Assembly: GCF_009914755.1 (NCBI RefSeq)
Contig: NC_060939.1
From: the human T2T-CHM13v2.0 reference genome, Homo sapiens
Strand: one strand, 5' to 3'
DNA length: 64,000 nucleotides
The notes below the pieces were generated by a model, which saw only the letters and a list, made by a program, of their open reading frames with translations, did not search any database and was not told the origin of the DNA. Within the stretch, counting starts at the first letter, position 1. Each line of letters starts with the position of its first letter. Positions 43,776-58,770 of this stretch are shown here, piece after piece. A program made the translations under genes and the position numbers.

Positions 43776-44176
43776 CTACTGCTGATATTTACACACAGGG
43801 GAAGAGACACTACTCCTGACGCCTCTTTGGTCAATTCCTGAGAATGATCTGAACCCCTCATATGAATTAGGTCATTTCAATAGATTATATATCCTTTCTA
43901 GTTCAGCTGTTAGAAAACAGGCTAAACTACACACTGCCACCATGAGGCTGAAGCTGTTACATGGTTCAAACAAGGGCAGAAAAGCAACTGCCATGCATTC
44001 CAGCTCAGCTGAATATTTCTGCTCCAAGGTATCCTAACCACCTGTTTGAGACACTGACTTTATAAATAGAAGAAAAAATAAATACCTGTCAGTCTTCCAA
44101 ATGGAGAAATTCCTTATCTATTTAAAATAATCCAAGAGAAACTATTAAAAATCGTTCCCTTGCTTCTTAAAGTTAC

Positions 44177-44282
44177 CTGACTAGATGAAAGATGAGGCGT
44201 TCCAGTGTATTGAGATGAGTTCGGGAGAGTTGATCAATCACAGAGTATACACCACGGATTGTCTCCTTCCTCTCCTGAAGGC
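44177..44282 (-). CDS. MYO9A: MYO9A RhoGAP exon (LQERKETIRGVYSVIDQLSRTHLNTLERLIFHLV)
   Basis: Manual translation; 106 nt; phase consistent. Confidence 0.96.
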
Positions 44283-45055
44283 CTAAAAACAGTAAGAGCA
44301 GAAACTAAGACTAAATATCCCCCCTTATACAGTGTATCTTCCTCCCAGACACTATGAAGCAAAGAAGGCTGGCTACAGAGTTTTAGGAGTAGTTGTACCT
44401 GTAGGGCAGGAGAAGAGCAACTCACAGTAACTATTTAACTCCTTTTGCTTGAGTTCTATATTCATAAACAGTCTCCTTAGTTTGAACCTATATCACAGTA
44501 ATCCTTAATAACAGCAAGGGGATAGAGATGTTCTAGTTTTTCAGTCATTGTGTAGCAGATTGATTTACCATTAAAGTCAACATAATTTATGAATCCTCAG
44601 GGCCTAAATACCTCTAGGAAGGCCTTTATCAATATCCTACGCACTTACAGCACTGAGAAACTAAACTCTGAAACCTGTTAAGCTTGGCATAAAACAGCCA
44701 GCTTTACACATAGTTCTTGCCTAGATTTCCAATTTAAATGAACATAAGCCTAATCTTAAAACTTATTTTTAATATTTTAATCTGTTTTATAACCCCAGTC
44801 TTTCCATTTCTTTGTAAGAAGCAACCAAGTGTCTCACTCAGAAAATTTTTAGGACACTAACGTTTTGATGAGTCTCTAAAAAGTCAACATTTGAATAGGT
44901 GACAGTATACTAGCCGTTTTGTATTCACTGTCAAAAGCTTACCTTTGAATCTATAAGAATTAAACCACTAGAGGATGGCTTGATAATCTATACTCAAGAT
45001 GGCATTTCTTTCCCAACTATAGGCCTTCTCTCTAACCCAGGAAGCCTATGCTTAC

Positions 45056-45184
45056 CCATAGCTCGAAGAAATTCCTCATAGAGTTCAAAGGTCATGAGAG
45101 GATTGGGCAAATCTCGAAGCCATTGTTTGAATACACTTGCAATGACGTGTATGTTATAGTCATCTAGATTTACACTCTCAGCAT
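45056..45184 (-). CDS. MYO9A: MYO9A RhoGAP exon (AESVNLDDYNIHVIASVFKQWLRDLPNPLMTFELYEEFLRAM)
   Basis: RhoGAP K-x-W/F-LRxLPxPL motif; 129 nt. Confidence 0.97.
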
Positions 45185-45286
45185 CTATTTAGAGACAAGA
45201 GTTAGATTAACAGAGCCAAAACATGCAAAGAGATTCAAATAATTCACTTTAGAAACTATCATCATTAAAGGAAGGCTTCATGTTTC

Positions 45287-45632
<346 letters not shown>

Positions 45633-45738
45633 TAATTCCATGCTTTGGAACTGTGCTTCTAACTGTGGTGAAAGAATACGTCTTGTGTATTTGTTTTCCA
45701 AACCTGTTGTGGACTGAAATGTGTAAAATAAAAGATCA

Positions 45739-46098
<360 letters not shown>

Positions 46099-47300
46099 TC
46101 AATTTCTGTACTTACCTGGTTTTGGATTTGTCCACAGACCACACTTTGAGTAACAATGGTTTACATGACAAATGAAAAAACGCATACAGGACACTTTCTG
46201 AAAGTAAGGCTAATTTTAAGTCATTCTTAGAGATAAAAGGACAGTGATAACTGAGCTTAGAAAATGTAAAGGAAACACCTTCACCCGTTTCACTTATAAA
46301 CTCCCTAAGGATATACAGATTAGATGACTGGGGAAGATTCAGGATGATTGATTTTCACTTGTGCTATTTCAAGGTATCAGAGACAAAGTCAGTAACTGCC
46401 TGTAAACCAAAGTAGACCAAGTCTCTTGTAGACGGAACCTCCTGCCTGAGTCTTACCAGTCATTGTTATTATTTTCATACTCAATTCATTTCTCATTGAT
46501 TTGTTCATAAGAAACAGCACTGAACACAGGTTCTTGCCCACACAAGGACATGCTTTACTCTGTTTAGTTCAAAAAGATCTATTCCTTCCCAACAGTGGTA
46601 AAATGTAGAAGTTGAGAATGAAACCAGAGTCAGTCCCCTGCATGAATTCCAGTACTAAAACTACAGCTCTACAAAGATACATGCTCAACTCACTAATTAT
46701 CAGTTTGAGTAACTGTCATCAGTGTAGGCAGGCAAGAAGATGATACACAGGAAAGAGTACCCCTTGGAGTCAGAATAATAAAGAGAAAGGGGAAATAGAT
46801 TATGAATTCAGAAGATCTGGGGTTAACTCCAATTTGGTCACTTATTGGCGATCAGTCTTTGGGCAAGATCTTCTGTAAGCCTCAGTTCCTTTTTCTGTAA
46901 ATGGGGATAATAATATCCCTAATTCATAGGATTGTTGTGAATATTATAAAAACATTAGTACAGCACCTTGCATCATCATCAGCAGCTCATTATTTAATTT
47001 CCCTATACCTTAGTTTTTCTCTTTGTCAATCAGAGGTATCACAATCTTACTAAATTATTACAAAAATTAAATGAGATCTGTCCCAAGTGCAAATTATATG
47101 CTCAATATATGTCTGCTGAGTTGACCAAATGAAACCAAAGACTCTTTAGAAAGCCAAAAAATGATAACAAAGCATCACAGAAAAGAATGCATTCTTCTGG
47201 CTGCTAAGTAAAGGATTGACATGTAATGAAAACTTTAAGAGCATGAAAGGAACTATTTAAATAAAAGTATTTCATTATGATTTAGAGGGCACTATCTTAC

Positions 47301-47493
47301 CTGTATCTAGACCCTGCCGAAGCTCCTTGATTTTATTAGTCGAACCAGACTTTCGATAAATACCTTCTGTATACAGTCCATGCATTTCAATGTAGTTTAT
47401 GAGCTTTTCCACTACTAAAGGAACAGTTCGGTCTTCACTGGTCAAACGGGACAGTTCAACCCCAAATTGTCGAGATGACAGCTCTGGATCATA
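47301..47493 (-). CDS. MYO9A: MYO9A RhoGAP exon with arginine finger (FGVELSRL...[12 protein letters not shown])
   Basis: [64 protein letters not shown]; 193 nt. Confidence 0.97.
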
Positions 47494-48021
47494 CTAAATG
47501 AAAGATAATTTTTAGTTTCCAAATGCATTCAAACATCTTGAAACATGTTTAACCATTTCTTTACCAGGAGCTACTTTTTTATTTCTCTGAAGTTTTATGA
47601 GCATAGTTAGAAGAGTTGGGAGAAAGGGAATTATGTTTAAGTAAGTATAAATGAGATATTAGTTTCAATCCTTTTCCACCAGAATCTCCAAAAGAAAATA
47701 ATGGAGTGAAGAATGAAGGCAGTGGCAAAGGGCTACAGCTTCTCCTATCAAAAAATTGCTTCAAAAGCAAAGGTGGGATTTGGGTGTGGGGAAAAGGGTT
47801 GGATTTTATATGCAAACAGCTTGACCACCTACCAGATACCACTAGAAAATCTACTAATTTGATAAGAATTAGAGTTGTCAGCAAGTTCTTAAGCATAAGA
47901 ATGCTTTGATGTTTATATAAACTTTACGGAAGTTTAACTGAAAAATGATTTCATAATTAAAGGCAGAGGTACACACAGATCAGCCCATGACTACTGTTAC
48001 AGCTCTTTTGTATGGACTTGA

Positions 48022-48359
<338 letters not shown>

Positions 48360-48952
48360 AATATTATACTTTATTAACCTATAGGTTACTTTATATCCTA
48401 TGTGACTGCAACATAACAGCTTACCCTTAAGATTATTTGAAGTAATTCACTGAAAAGAAAAATGGCAGGTATTATCTCTGAGACTGAAAATTGTTTTGCA
48501 AATCTGTCTTTCCTTCTCCTGTACCATTGTCCTTCCCTAACTATATATTCCATTTTCTCCTTTAACCTGCATCCAACCAGTTGCCAAGTCAATCAGTTCA
48601 TCCTCTTTATTGTTTCTTTTCTGTTCTAAGTGTCATCACCCCAGCTCAAAACTATATCACTAACCAATTAGACTATTTCAACACTTTCTTGGCGAGTTTT
48701 CCCCATATTCATATGTCTCCTTTTAATATATTCTGTAGTATATATAATCTGTTTTATTATCCTCAAAAACCTTTAGCGGCTAATTAGTATATAGCAAACT
48801 AAAGTGCAAACATTCTTGAGTCTCATACTCAAGAACTTACTTGAACTGATTCTAATTTCTACTTTCCAGCCTTACATTCATACATTTGTCATTTATGTGT
48901 TAGGTACCAAGGAAACAAAATCAAGGCCTTCTGCTTAAGACTAGTAGTGTTA

Positions 48953-49255
48953 GGCCCGGCACAGTGGCTCACACCTGTAATCCCAGCATTTTGTGAGGCT
49001 GAGGTGGGTGGATCACCTAAGGTCAGGAGTTCAAGACCAGCCTGGCCAACATGGTGAAACCCCATTTCTACTAAAAATACAAAAATTAGCCAGGCATAGT
49101 GGTGGGCACCTGTAATCCCAGCTACTCAGGAGGCTGAGGCAGGAGAATCACCTGAACACAGGAGGCAGAGGTTGCAGTGAGCCAAGATCACGCCACTGTA
49201 CTCCAGCTTGGGCAACAAGGGCAAAACTCTGTCTCAAAAGAAAAAAAAAGAAAAA
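48953..49255 (+). mobile_element. AluS
   Basis: TSD AAGACTAGTAGTGTTA. Confidence 0.93.
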
Positions 49256-50682
49256 GACTAGTAGTGTTAGTGTGTGGAGATAAGTAAAATTATAAATAGA
49301 TTAACTATTATGGAAACACAGAAGAGAGACAACTAGATCAGGAAAGACTGGGCTGGATAACAAACAACTAATGATCTTGAAAAGACCTGATGTTCAACCT
49401 TAGTGTTGGAAAGCAAGTAATAGATAAGTAAAGAAAGCAAGATCTTTTAGGCACAGGAAATATAAAACTACAAAGGTAGGCAGAGCAAAGTGGCTACGGA
49501 AATGAAGCTACCAGATAATTTTAAATAAAGGAATAATCAGTTTATTAGTTTTAGCAGTATTATCAGTATTATTTTGCATCATTCATGCATGTATCTACAT
49601 GCTCTGCATTCCAGCTCTTAATCCTTAGAGTATTAATTTCATGTCTATTTTGACATACATTAAATTATCTTAATATCACACAACATCTCTGAAAAGCATT
49701 TCCAAGTCTAAGGCAGAATAGGACACAATCTTGGAATATTTAGAGGATGCATATTAAAAGTTTTGCCTTGTCACTATGTGAACTTGGCTAGGTTATTTCA
49801 CATTTGCAACAGAAATACCTCCTTTCTACTTCAGAGGGTTGTTGTAGAGATTAAGTTGAACATACACAGCATGACAACCTGGTATACGTCAAATACTGAA
49901 AAAATTATTATAGAAATAGAATAGAATAAGGCTTGCTGTAATGATTAAATTTTAGTCAAATGTTTTCCTAATGCTGGGACACAGATGTGCAAATACATAT
50001 TCTGTTTATTTAAATCCCTATGGCATTAGAAATGTTATGACTTGTGGAAGCAAAATAACAAAATACTTTTAGGTATTAAACAAAAACTTTAAAAATAACT
50101 TGATTTGAAACTAAGTAATCTAAAGCAAACATGCTAGAACATTCTATTTCTTGAAATGAAGAGACAAATTAATCTTACTATTTTCAATGGAAAAAAAAAT
50201 TCTGAGTATTTTTCTAAAAATATATTTTTATAGTTTTTGTTTCATAGTTATTTTTCATTTAAACTAACTTCAATGTGTATTTTAAATAAAATCTTTATTG
50301 AGCTGTGACATACACACATTGCAAGTTACAGCTTAATGGATTTTCACAAAGACCCAGATTAAGAAACAGAATATTACCAAGCAGTTTAAAATTCCCCCAG
50401 GTCCCTTCCAGCCACTATGCCCTTTACCCTTCACAAATAACCAGTATCTGTACTTCTGTCACTAAAAATTAATTTTACCTGCTTTTGGATATTATATAAA
50501 TGGAAAAACAGAGTATGTGCACCTTGAGTTAGTTTAATCTATTTTTGAACTTTGTTTAAATGTACTCTTTTGTCTCTAGCTTTCAGTCAACATTATGTTT
50601 GTATCGACAGTTTTTTTTTTTGCACTTTTTACATTTAGTGAATATTGATAGGTAAAAGTATATAAAGGTACATGGAAAAATA

Positions 50683-51792
50683 ATCTAATTAAACTAAAGA
50701 GCTTCTACACAGCAAAAGAAACTACCATCAGAGTGAACAGGCAACCTACAGAATGAGAGAAAATTTTTGCAATCTACTCATCTGACAAAGGGCTAATATC
50801 CAGAATCTACAAAGAACTCAAACAAATTTACAAGGAAAAAACAAACAACCCCACCAAAAAGTGGGCAAAGGATATGAACAGACACTTCTCAAAAGAAGAC
50901 ATTTATGCAGCCAACAGACACATGAAAAAATGCTCATCATCACTGGCCATCAGAGAAATGCAAATCAAAACCACAATGAGATACCATCTCATACCAGCTG
51001 GAATGGCGATCATTAAAAAGTCAGGAAACAACAGGTGCTGGAGAGGATGTGGAGAAATAGGAACACTTTTACACTGTTGGTGGGACTATAAACTGGTTCA
51101 ACCATTGTGGAAGACAGTGTGGTGATTCCTCAAGGATCTACAACTAGAAATACCATTTGACCCAGCCATACCATTACTGGGTATATACCCAAAGGATTAT
51201 GAATCATGCTGCTATAAAGACACATGCACACATATGTTTATTGCGGCACTATTCACAATAGCAAAGACTTGGAACCAACCCAAATGTCCATCAATGATAG
51301 ACTGGATTAAGAAAATGTGGCACATATACAGCATGGAATACTATGCAGCCATAAAAAAGGATGAGTTCATGTCCTTTGTAGGGACATGGATGAAGCTGGA
51401 AACCATCATTCTCAGCAAACTATTGCCAGGACAGAAAACCAAACACCGCATGTTCTCACTCATAGATGGGAATTGAACAATGAGAACACTTGGGTCTATG
51501 GCCATACTACCCTGAATGCGCCCGATCTCTTCTGATCTCAGAAGCTAAGCAGGGTCAGGCCTGGTTAGTACTTGGATGGGAGAACACTTGGACACAGGAA
51601 GGGGAACATCACACACTGGGGCCTGTCGTGGGGTGGGGGGAGGGGGGAGGGATAGCATTAGGAGATATACCTAATGTAAATGATGAGTTAATGGGTGCAG
51701 CACACCAACATGGCACATGTATACATATGTAACAAACCTGCACGTTGTGCACATGTACTCTAGAACTTAAAGTATAATAAAAAAAAAAAAAA
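50683..51792 (+). mobile_element. 5'-truncated primate L1PA (ORF2 C-terminus, 3' UTR, polyA), interrupted by 5S retrocopy
   Basis: ORFs [24 protein letters not shown] and MFIAALFTIAKTWNQPKCPS are L1 ORF2; stop at 51476; G-rich 3' UTR; A tail. Confidence 0.95.
51494..51583 (+). pseudogene. 5S rRNA retropseudogene, nt 1-90, 3'-truncated and tailless
   Basis: GTCTATGGCCATACTACCCTGAATGCGCCCGATCTC...CTTGGATGGGAGA; 6 mismatches in 90 to human 5S as recalled; TSD GAGAACACTTGG. Confidence 0.96.
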
Positions 51793-52658
51793 GGAAAATT
51801 CCCACTAGAAGAAAAACATCTCACAGATGTAGATTCACTACTCTGCATTCTCTTCTCTCTAAAATCTAGTCTCCTAAAGTACAATTTGCCTGTGCAGCTC
51901 CCTGATGCTTGCCAACAAACTTTTTTAGTATTTGTCTGACATAAGCTGCTCCATCTTAGCTGGAAGCAAATGTCTCACTCATATTCTTTGCATTTTAATT
52001 CCTGAATCAAATTTCTCTCTGTACTTTGCCATGATTTGTCTACTGCAAACAACATGCACACACATTTATATTTCAGATTTGCATGCTATTGTAACAACTG
52101 TCAGTATGTGATTAATGAATAAGAAAATGTTGTGATCATACATCGATAAAAGCCTGAATTTTTTAAAAAGATTACCTCCTTGAAACATAAGGTATCAAAC
52201 AGTATGTGTACAGTATATTTTAGATCTCTGTGTATCCAAGAGATATATGTAAAAACACCAACCATCCATGCTGGTGAATTTTGCTACTCATGTTTAAATT
52301 TGTTCATCTTTAATTGTAGCTTACTGCATTAAGGATAATTCCTAGAAGATTTATGAGCATTTAAGGAAGTATGAAACCTCAATGCAGTGTTCTTCAAATT
52401 GTGGTTTACGAAATTAATTTAGTAACTCACATATAGTAACGGTAAAATAATTCTATGAAAATCAATTCATTTTTGTACATATATCACCAAACATATGAAC
52501 TGGATCATGGCATAAAACATATTTCTACTGTGATTTGTGGTCAAAAAGTTTAAAAACCACTCATCTGTAAAACTATCAAAAAGGCCTTAATTTATTTCCA
52601 TAAGGCACAAAAGACCAACAGGTCTGTTATCTATTACTGATAGGTGATAATTTCTTAC

Positions 52659-52720
52659 CTTTTTAGAGCACTTGGCTGTGGTTTTCAGACAGCACTTCTT
52701 ATGGCAAGCATACTTGCATA
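52659..52720 (-). CDS. MYO9A: MYO9A exon, C-terminal half of C1 zinc-binding domain (CKYACHKKCCLKTTAKCSKK)
   Basis: C1 pattern CxxxCHxxC; TTTTTCAG acceptor, GTAAG donor; 62 nt; next upstream exon not found in window. Confidence 0.94.
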
Positions 52721-53606
52721 CTGAAAAATAGGTGAGGAATGCAACATTTTTAGAAGTCTGTACATCAGTGATAATAACTTATCAAGTATACTTTATTTTA
52801 GACCTACGTTTTTTTCTTTAAATCTCAGACTGCTGTAATATGACATACATACTTTGTACAATGGTGTAATTAAAAAGAATTTTAACCCATTCTATTGGGT
52901 ATAATGAAGTTGAAAACATGATCAAAATTTCTAGCCACAGTCAATGAAAAAGCTTTTTGTTCTTTCAAAGCTGCTCATCCTGCCCCTATGCCATACAGTA
53001 CCACTCCCCAACAAATTCCAGCAGGATACTTATCTTTGTGGTTTGATTCACAAATTAGTGTTCATGTTCTACCACATATATGCTCTACAACATACTAAAA
53101 TCTCAGAAATGCCTATTAAGAATCATTCCTATAGATAAGGAAGGCATTACTGTCAAAGATCCCTCCTGAAATGAAAACTAATTGGGTAGCACAGTTTAAG
53201 ATATAAGAAAGGTCTTATTTATGATCTCTAAAGGTTCAGAACAGAGCTCTGAAGAACCAGAACATGAAGAATATTGAGTTGTGATTGGGAAGATGGGATA
53301 AAGAAAATGTTCAGAGCTAAAATAATTTAGAGGAGTGGTGATAACCCAGAGTAGCTGGGCAGCTGGTGAACAGGAAGAGGCACATTTAGAGGAAGGTATT
53401 GAGAACACAGCTGGCTTATGTCATTTTGTTACACTAGCTCTGGCTTCTGTGTACCAATACCTGAATATCCTTTCTTGAGCTTGTAAAATATAACTTGTAG
53501 GCTTTTGAAGGCCAAGATCAAGTAAGGGAGGCCATGTCATTGTACTGGTGAAATAATCAGGATAACAACAAAGAAAGTTAGCTAATTCTATTAAAAAATC
53601 AAATCA

Positions 53607-53937
<331 letters not shown>

Positions 53938-54502
53938 TCATAAAAAAGAAAATTATTTAAATTTTTAGCTTTAAGTTACAGAAGAAACTAAACCTACAAG
54001 AATCATAGTTACACTAAAGGGTCAAATACATTACAAACTACTTCCTATTTTCAGACTCATTATAATTTTTTAGACTACTGATAATAAAACCAAAGCAAAA
54101 CTGCTGTTGAACCATGGAATAAGTAAATATATAGTAATAGTGGCAATTTTTCTGTGGCAAACTGCTGTCATATTGGTTCCAGTCCTTTCCTAGTATTTGC
54201 TTCATTCAATTTTAGCCCACTAGTAAAAGCAAAGCTTCACAGAACTAATAATAGCACCAGAGCAGATGTATAAAATAAGATGAGTGGAGGCTAAAGGTTC
54301 ACTGTAAGCCAGAACCAAGTTGATCTACAAAGAATCTCTACTCACGTTTTAGGATTTATATATTTAGATATATATTTATATGTAAAATAATATATATATT
54401 ATATTTATATATATTTTATATATTTATATTTTCTACTGTAATCTGCTAAAAGGATTACAGTAGAAAAAGTACCTTTTTGACTGTAATCTAATTTATTCAT
54501 TT

Positions 54503-54528
54503 ATCCATCCATCCATCCATCCATCCAT
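54503..54528. repeat. (TCCA)n microsatellite; AT-rich low-complexity tract at 54355-54430 nearby
   Basis: Read directly. Confidence 0.9.
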
Positions 54529-54777
54529 CTATAGGTTTATCTAACCAACAAATATTTATTAAAACTTACTATGTGCCATCACCGTTTTAGGCACTGATGA
54601 TATAAAAAAAAAAAAAAAAAAAAAACAAATAAGTTTCCTGACCTATAGAGCATATATTTTAGAGGTGTAGACTGAAAAACAAGAACACAAATACTTAATG
54701 TAATTTTGGGTGGTAATAAGTTCTATAAAGACTATTAAGTCTAAGTGAAAGAACAGAGAATTTCGGAGGCTGGAGGG

Positions 54778-55070
54778 GCGGGCGCAGTGGCTCACGCCTG
54801 TAATCCCAGCACTTTAGGCCAAGGCGGGAGGATCATCTGAGGTCAGGAGTTCAAGACCAGCCTGGCCAACATGGCAAAACCCTGTCTCTACTAAAAACAC
54901 AAAAATTAGCTGGGCATGGTGGCACATGCCTGTAATCCCAGCTACTCGGGAGGCTGAGGCAGGGAGAATCACTTGAACCTGGGAAGCAGAGGTTGCAGTG
55001 AGCTGAGATCACACCACTGCACTCCAGCCTGGGCGATGGAGCAAGACACCATCTCAAAAACAAAAAAAAG
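54778..55070 (+). mobile_element. AluS
   Basis: Dimeric Alu. Confidence 0.92.
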
Positions 55071-55832
55071 AATAGCGAATTTGGGGACAAGGTGGCATTT
55101 AAACTGGGGGTAGAAAAGAGAGCTCTCTGAGAAGGTGAGATGTGAGTGTAGGCATGAAGTAATTGAAATATTAAGTCATACTAAAATCTGGGACAAGACC
55201 ATTTTAGACAGAGTGAATTACATGTACAAGACTCTCAGTGACCAAATAACATCAAAATATCTGGTTTAGAGACAAAGAGTAGGTGAAGAGAGTATAGCAA
55301 GAGATGAGGTTAAAAATTTAGGTAGTGTAAATAACTCCTTTATGTTAAAGGAGATATAAGACAACTCAAGGAAACAGAAATGTCAGTGGTTAAAAATATT
55401 CCTCAAAGATCTCTCATACTTACATTTGCAAACAGAGGCTCGGTCCATTATCCATATCAAAGAAGAACAGTATTCACAGTATGTAGGGATGCTATATTGG
55501 GTGGCTTTAAAGATGTGACCATTGTGTTCTTCCACCTGAATGAAAAAATTTAGCTACTTATATTAAAGCCAACACAGTAAATGCTGCCCTAACGTGGTGG
55601 GAAATCCTTCAATCTCTTGTTAAGTCTTCACTAGGCACTAATTCCAGGGGGACAATTAGGATCTTTTGAGAAATAACATAAAATAAAATATATTTTTCCT
55701 GCTTTCCAAAAGCTAACAATCTAGATAAACATGACCAAATTATATGAAAAACAGAAAGCAATGCAACAGACATATAATAGCTGTCTTACATGACTCTAAT
55801 GTTACATTAAAAGCAGCAGTTCTCAAAGTATG

Positions 55833-56157
55833 TTTTCTTTTTCTTTTTTTGGCTTTTTTTTTTTTTTTTGAGACTTAGTCTTGCTATGTTGCCCAGGCTG
55901 GAGTGCAGTGGTGCTATCAGCTCACTGCAGCCTCCGCCTCCTGGGTTCAGGCAATTCTCCTGCTTTTGCCTCCCAAATAGCTGGGATTACAGGCGCCTAC
56001 CACTACGCCTGGATAATTTTTGTATATATTTTTTTTTACTAGTGACAGTGTTTCACCATGTTGGCCAGGCTGGTCTTGAACTCCTGATCTCAAGTTATCC
56101 GCCTGCCTCAGACTCCCAAAGTGCTGGGATTATCAGCGTGAACCACTGCGCCTGGCT
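55833..56157 (-). mobile_element. AluS
   Basis: Antisense Alu with T tail. Confidence 0.92.
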
Positions 56158-56899
56158 AAAATATATATTTTTTTGTAATCTCAGGAAACTTTTACAGTTG
56201 AAAATTACTGATGACCTCAGAGAGCTTTTGTTTACATGAGTTATACCTGTTAATATTTACTATGCTAGCAATTAAAGCTGAAAAAAATTTAAAGTATATA
56301 TTCATTAATTTATTTAAAATGAACAATAAATGTATTATACATGAACATAACATTTTAATTAAAAACAACTATATCTTTAAAGCAAAAAAAAATAGTGGCA
56401 AAAGGGGTATTGTTTTACATTTTTGTAAATTTCTTTAATGTCTGGATTAACAAAAGACACCTGGATTCTCACATCTACTACTGCACTCAATCTGTTGCAA
56501 TATGCAGTTTAGTTTGAAATATATAAAGAAAATCTAGCTTAATACAGATATGAAAGTGGAAAATGAAGGAATATAATTTTTTAATTAAAATTTTTTTATT
56601 TGTATAAATGTATGTGGTACAAGTGTAATTTTGTTACATGCATAGGTTTCATAGTGGTGAAGTCAGGGCTTTTAGGGTATCGACCACTCAAATAACGTGT
56701 ATTGTACCCATTAAGTAATCTCTCATCATCCATCCCCCTCACACCCCCTCACTCTTCCGAGTCAGTGGAGTAATATTTTAACAGTCCTTTCAGATAGTAA
56801 TACGGCACCAAAACTTTACATATGGTAACTTAAAAGTTAAGTAAAATACCATAACCAATGAACCCTTCCTGTCCTATGACAGTAAAATCTATTGTTTTG

Positions 56900-57900
56900 G
56901 ACTTAATTAAAACTTAAAACTTTAACCTTCAAAGACACCATTAAGAAAAAAAGATAAACCACAGACTCGGAGAAAACATTTGCAAATCATATATCTGATA
57001 AATGACTTCTAGTCATTATATTAGAATGTTATGTAATTATGTTAGAAATGTTAGAACCCAATAATAAGGCAACCCAACTCAAAAATGGGCAAAATACTGA
57101 AGAGACAGCTCATCAAAGAAGCCGTTCAAATGGTCAATGGGCACATGAAAAGATGTTCAACATCATTAGTTATCAAAGAAATGCAAACTAAAACCACAAT
57201 GAAATACTACTTCATACCTACCAGAATGGCTATAACAAAAAAGGTAAACAATAGCAAATGTTGGTAAGAATGTGGATAGACTAGAACCCTCAGGTACTGC
57301 AGGTGGGATTGTAAAGTGGTGCAGTCACTTGGAAAACAGCATGGCAGTTTCTGAAAACTGGAAGCATAGAGTTGCCACTTGACCCAGAAATTCCACTCTC
57401 AGGTTTATACACAAGATAACTGAAAATGTACGTCCAAGAAAAAACCTGTACGTAACTGTTCATAGTGGCATTATTCATGGTAGCCAAAAATACAAAACAA
57501 CTCAAATGTCTGCCAACTGATAAAAGGATAAATAAAACGTGACATATCCATGCAATGGAATTCTATTTAGCATTAAAGAAGACTGAACTATGGATAAACA
57601 CAATGATATAGATGAACTTCAAAAACATTATGCTAAAAAGCCACATGCAAAAACCACAGTGTATTATTCTATTTACATGAAATATCCAGAAAAGGTAAGA
57701 CTATAGAAACAGAAAGTAGAGTAATAGTGCCTGAGGCTAGTAAAGAGCAGTGACTGTAAACTGGCATGAAAAATCCTTTTGGGATTTTTCTAAAATTGGA
57801 TTGAGATGATGGGAAAACTATGTGAATTTACTGAAATCACTGAATTGTACACATAAAAAGGGATAAATTTGTGGTAAGTAAATTTACCTCCAGAAAGCTG
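56900..57900 (+). mobile_element. L1MB-like 3' fragment
   Basis: HMKRCSTSLVIKEMQTKTTMKYYF ORF2 remnant followed by L1M 3' UTR motifs. Confidence 0.8.
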
Positions 57901-58254
57901 GTTTACAATACCAATTGGTCTATTTTGTATTTGGACATTTAACCTGTATATGATTTTACAGTGGTACATGTTGATCATTTGGAATATACTGATTCACTAA
58001 ATTAAACTTCCAAATGTTGACACATTTCATTATACACTAGCAGAAAGTCATAGTCCTTAACTTTATAACTGACCTCATTAGAAAACTTGGCAGATACAAG
58101 TTTTCCAAAATTTGAATTTTTGCTTGAATACACAAGTTTTACTGGTAATAAATATTGTCAGTTGTTTTCCTTGAAGTGACAGGATAACTGCATATGCCAA
58201 AATCTTAATGAATAGTTTAAGTAAAAATAATGTTCTGTGAAAAAAGTGGCTAGA

Positions 58255-58770
58255 AACATGCTGCCACAAAAACTTGTTCATGAATTTTCATAGCAGCATT
58301 ATTCAAACAAAAAGTAGAAACAACTGAAATGTCCTTCAATTAATAAACAGATATATGAAATGTTATATATCCATACAACAGAATATTTGGCTTTACAAAG
58401 GAATGATGTACTGACACATGCTACAACACGAATGAACCTTGAAAACATTATGCTAAGTGAGAGAAGGCAGACACAAAAGGCCATATATATGATTATTTAA
58501 GTCAATATGAAAATTTCAGAATAGGCAAATCCATACAGACAAAGTAGACTGGTGGTTGTGAGGGGCTCAGAGGAAGAGAGAAGAGGGATTGAGTGAGTGC
58601 TCAGAAAGTACAGTTTCTTTTTGGGATAATGTTCTCAAATTATATAGTGGTAATGATTGCTTAACATAGTGAATATACTAAAACCCACTAAATTGCACAC
58701 TTTACGTAGTTAAAATGGCTAAATAGTTAAATTTTGTTATATGAATTTTATCTCAGTTTTAAAAAATGCT
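58255..58770 (+). mobile_element. L1MB-like 3' UTR fragment
   Basis: GAACCTTGAAAACATTATGCTAAGTGA, GAATAGGCAAATCCATA motifs. Confidence 0.75.

Noticed and set aside
50874-51476. ORFs resembling a retroelement protein C-terminus
   Set aside because: Broken ORF2 of a 5'-truncated L1, not an active element or host gene
51494-51583. Functional 5S rRNA gene
   Set aside because: Lacks the last about 30 nt and terminator, shows CpG decay, and has a TSD
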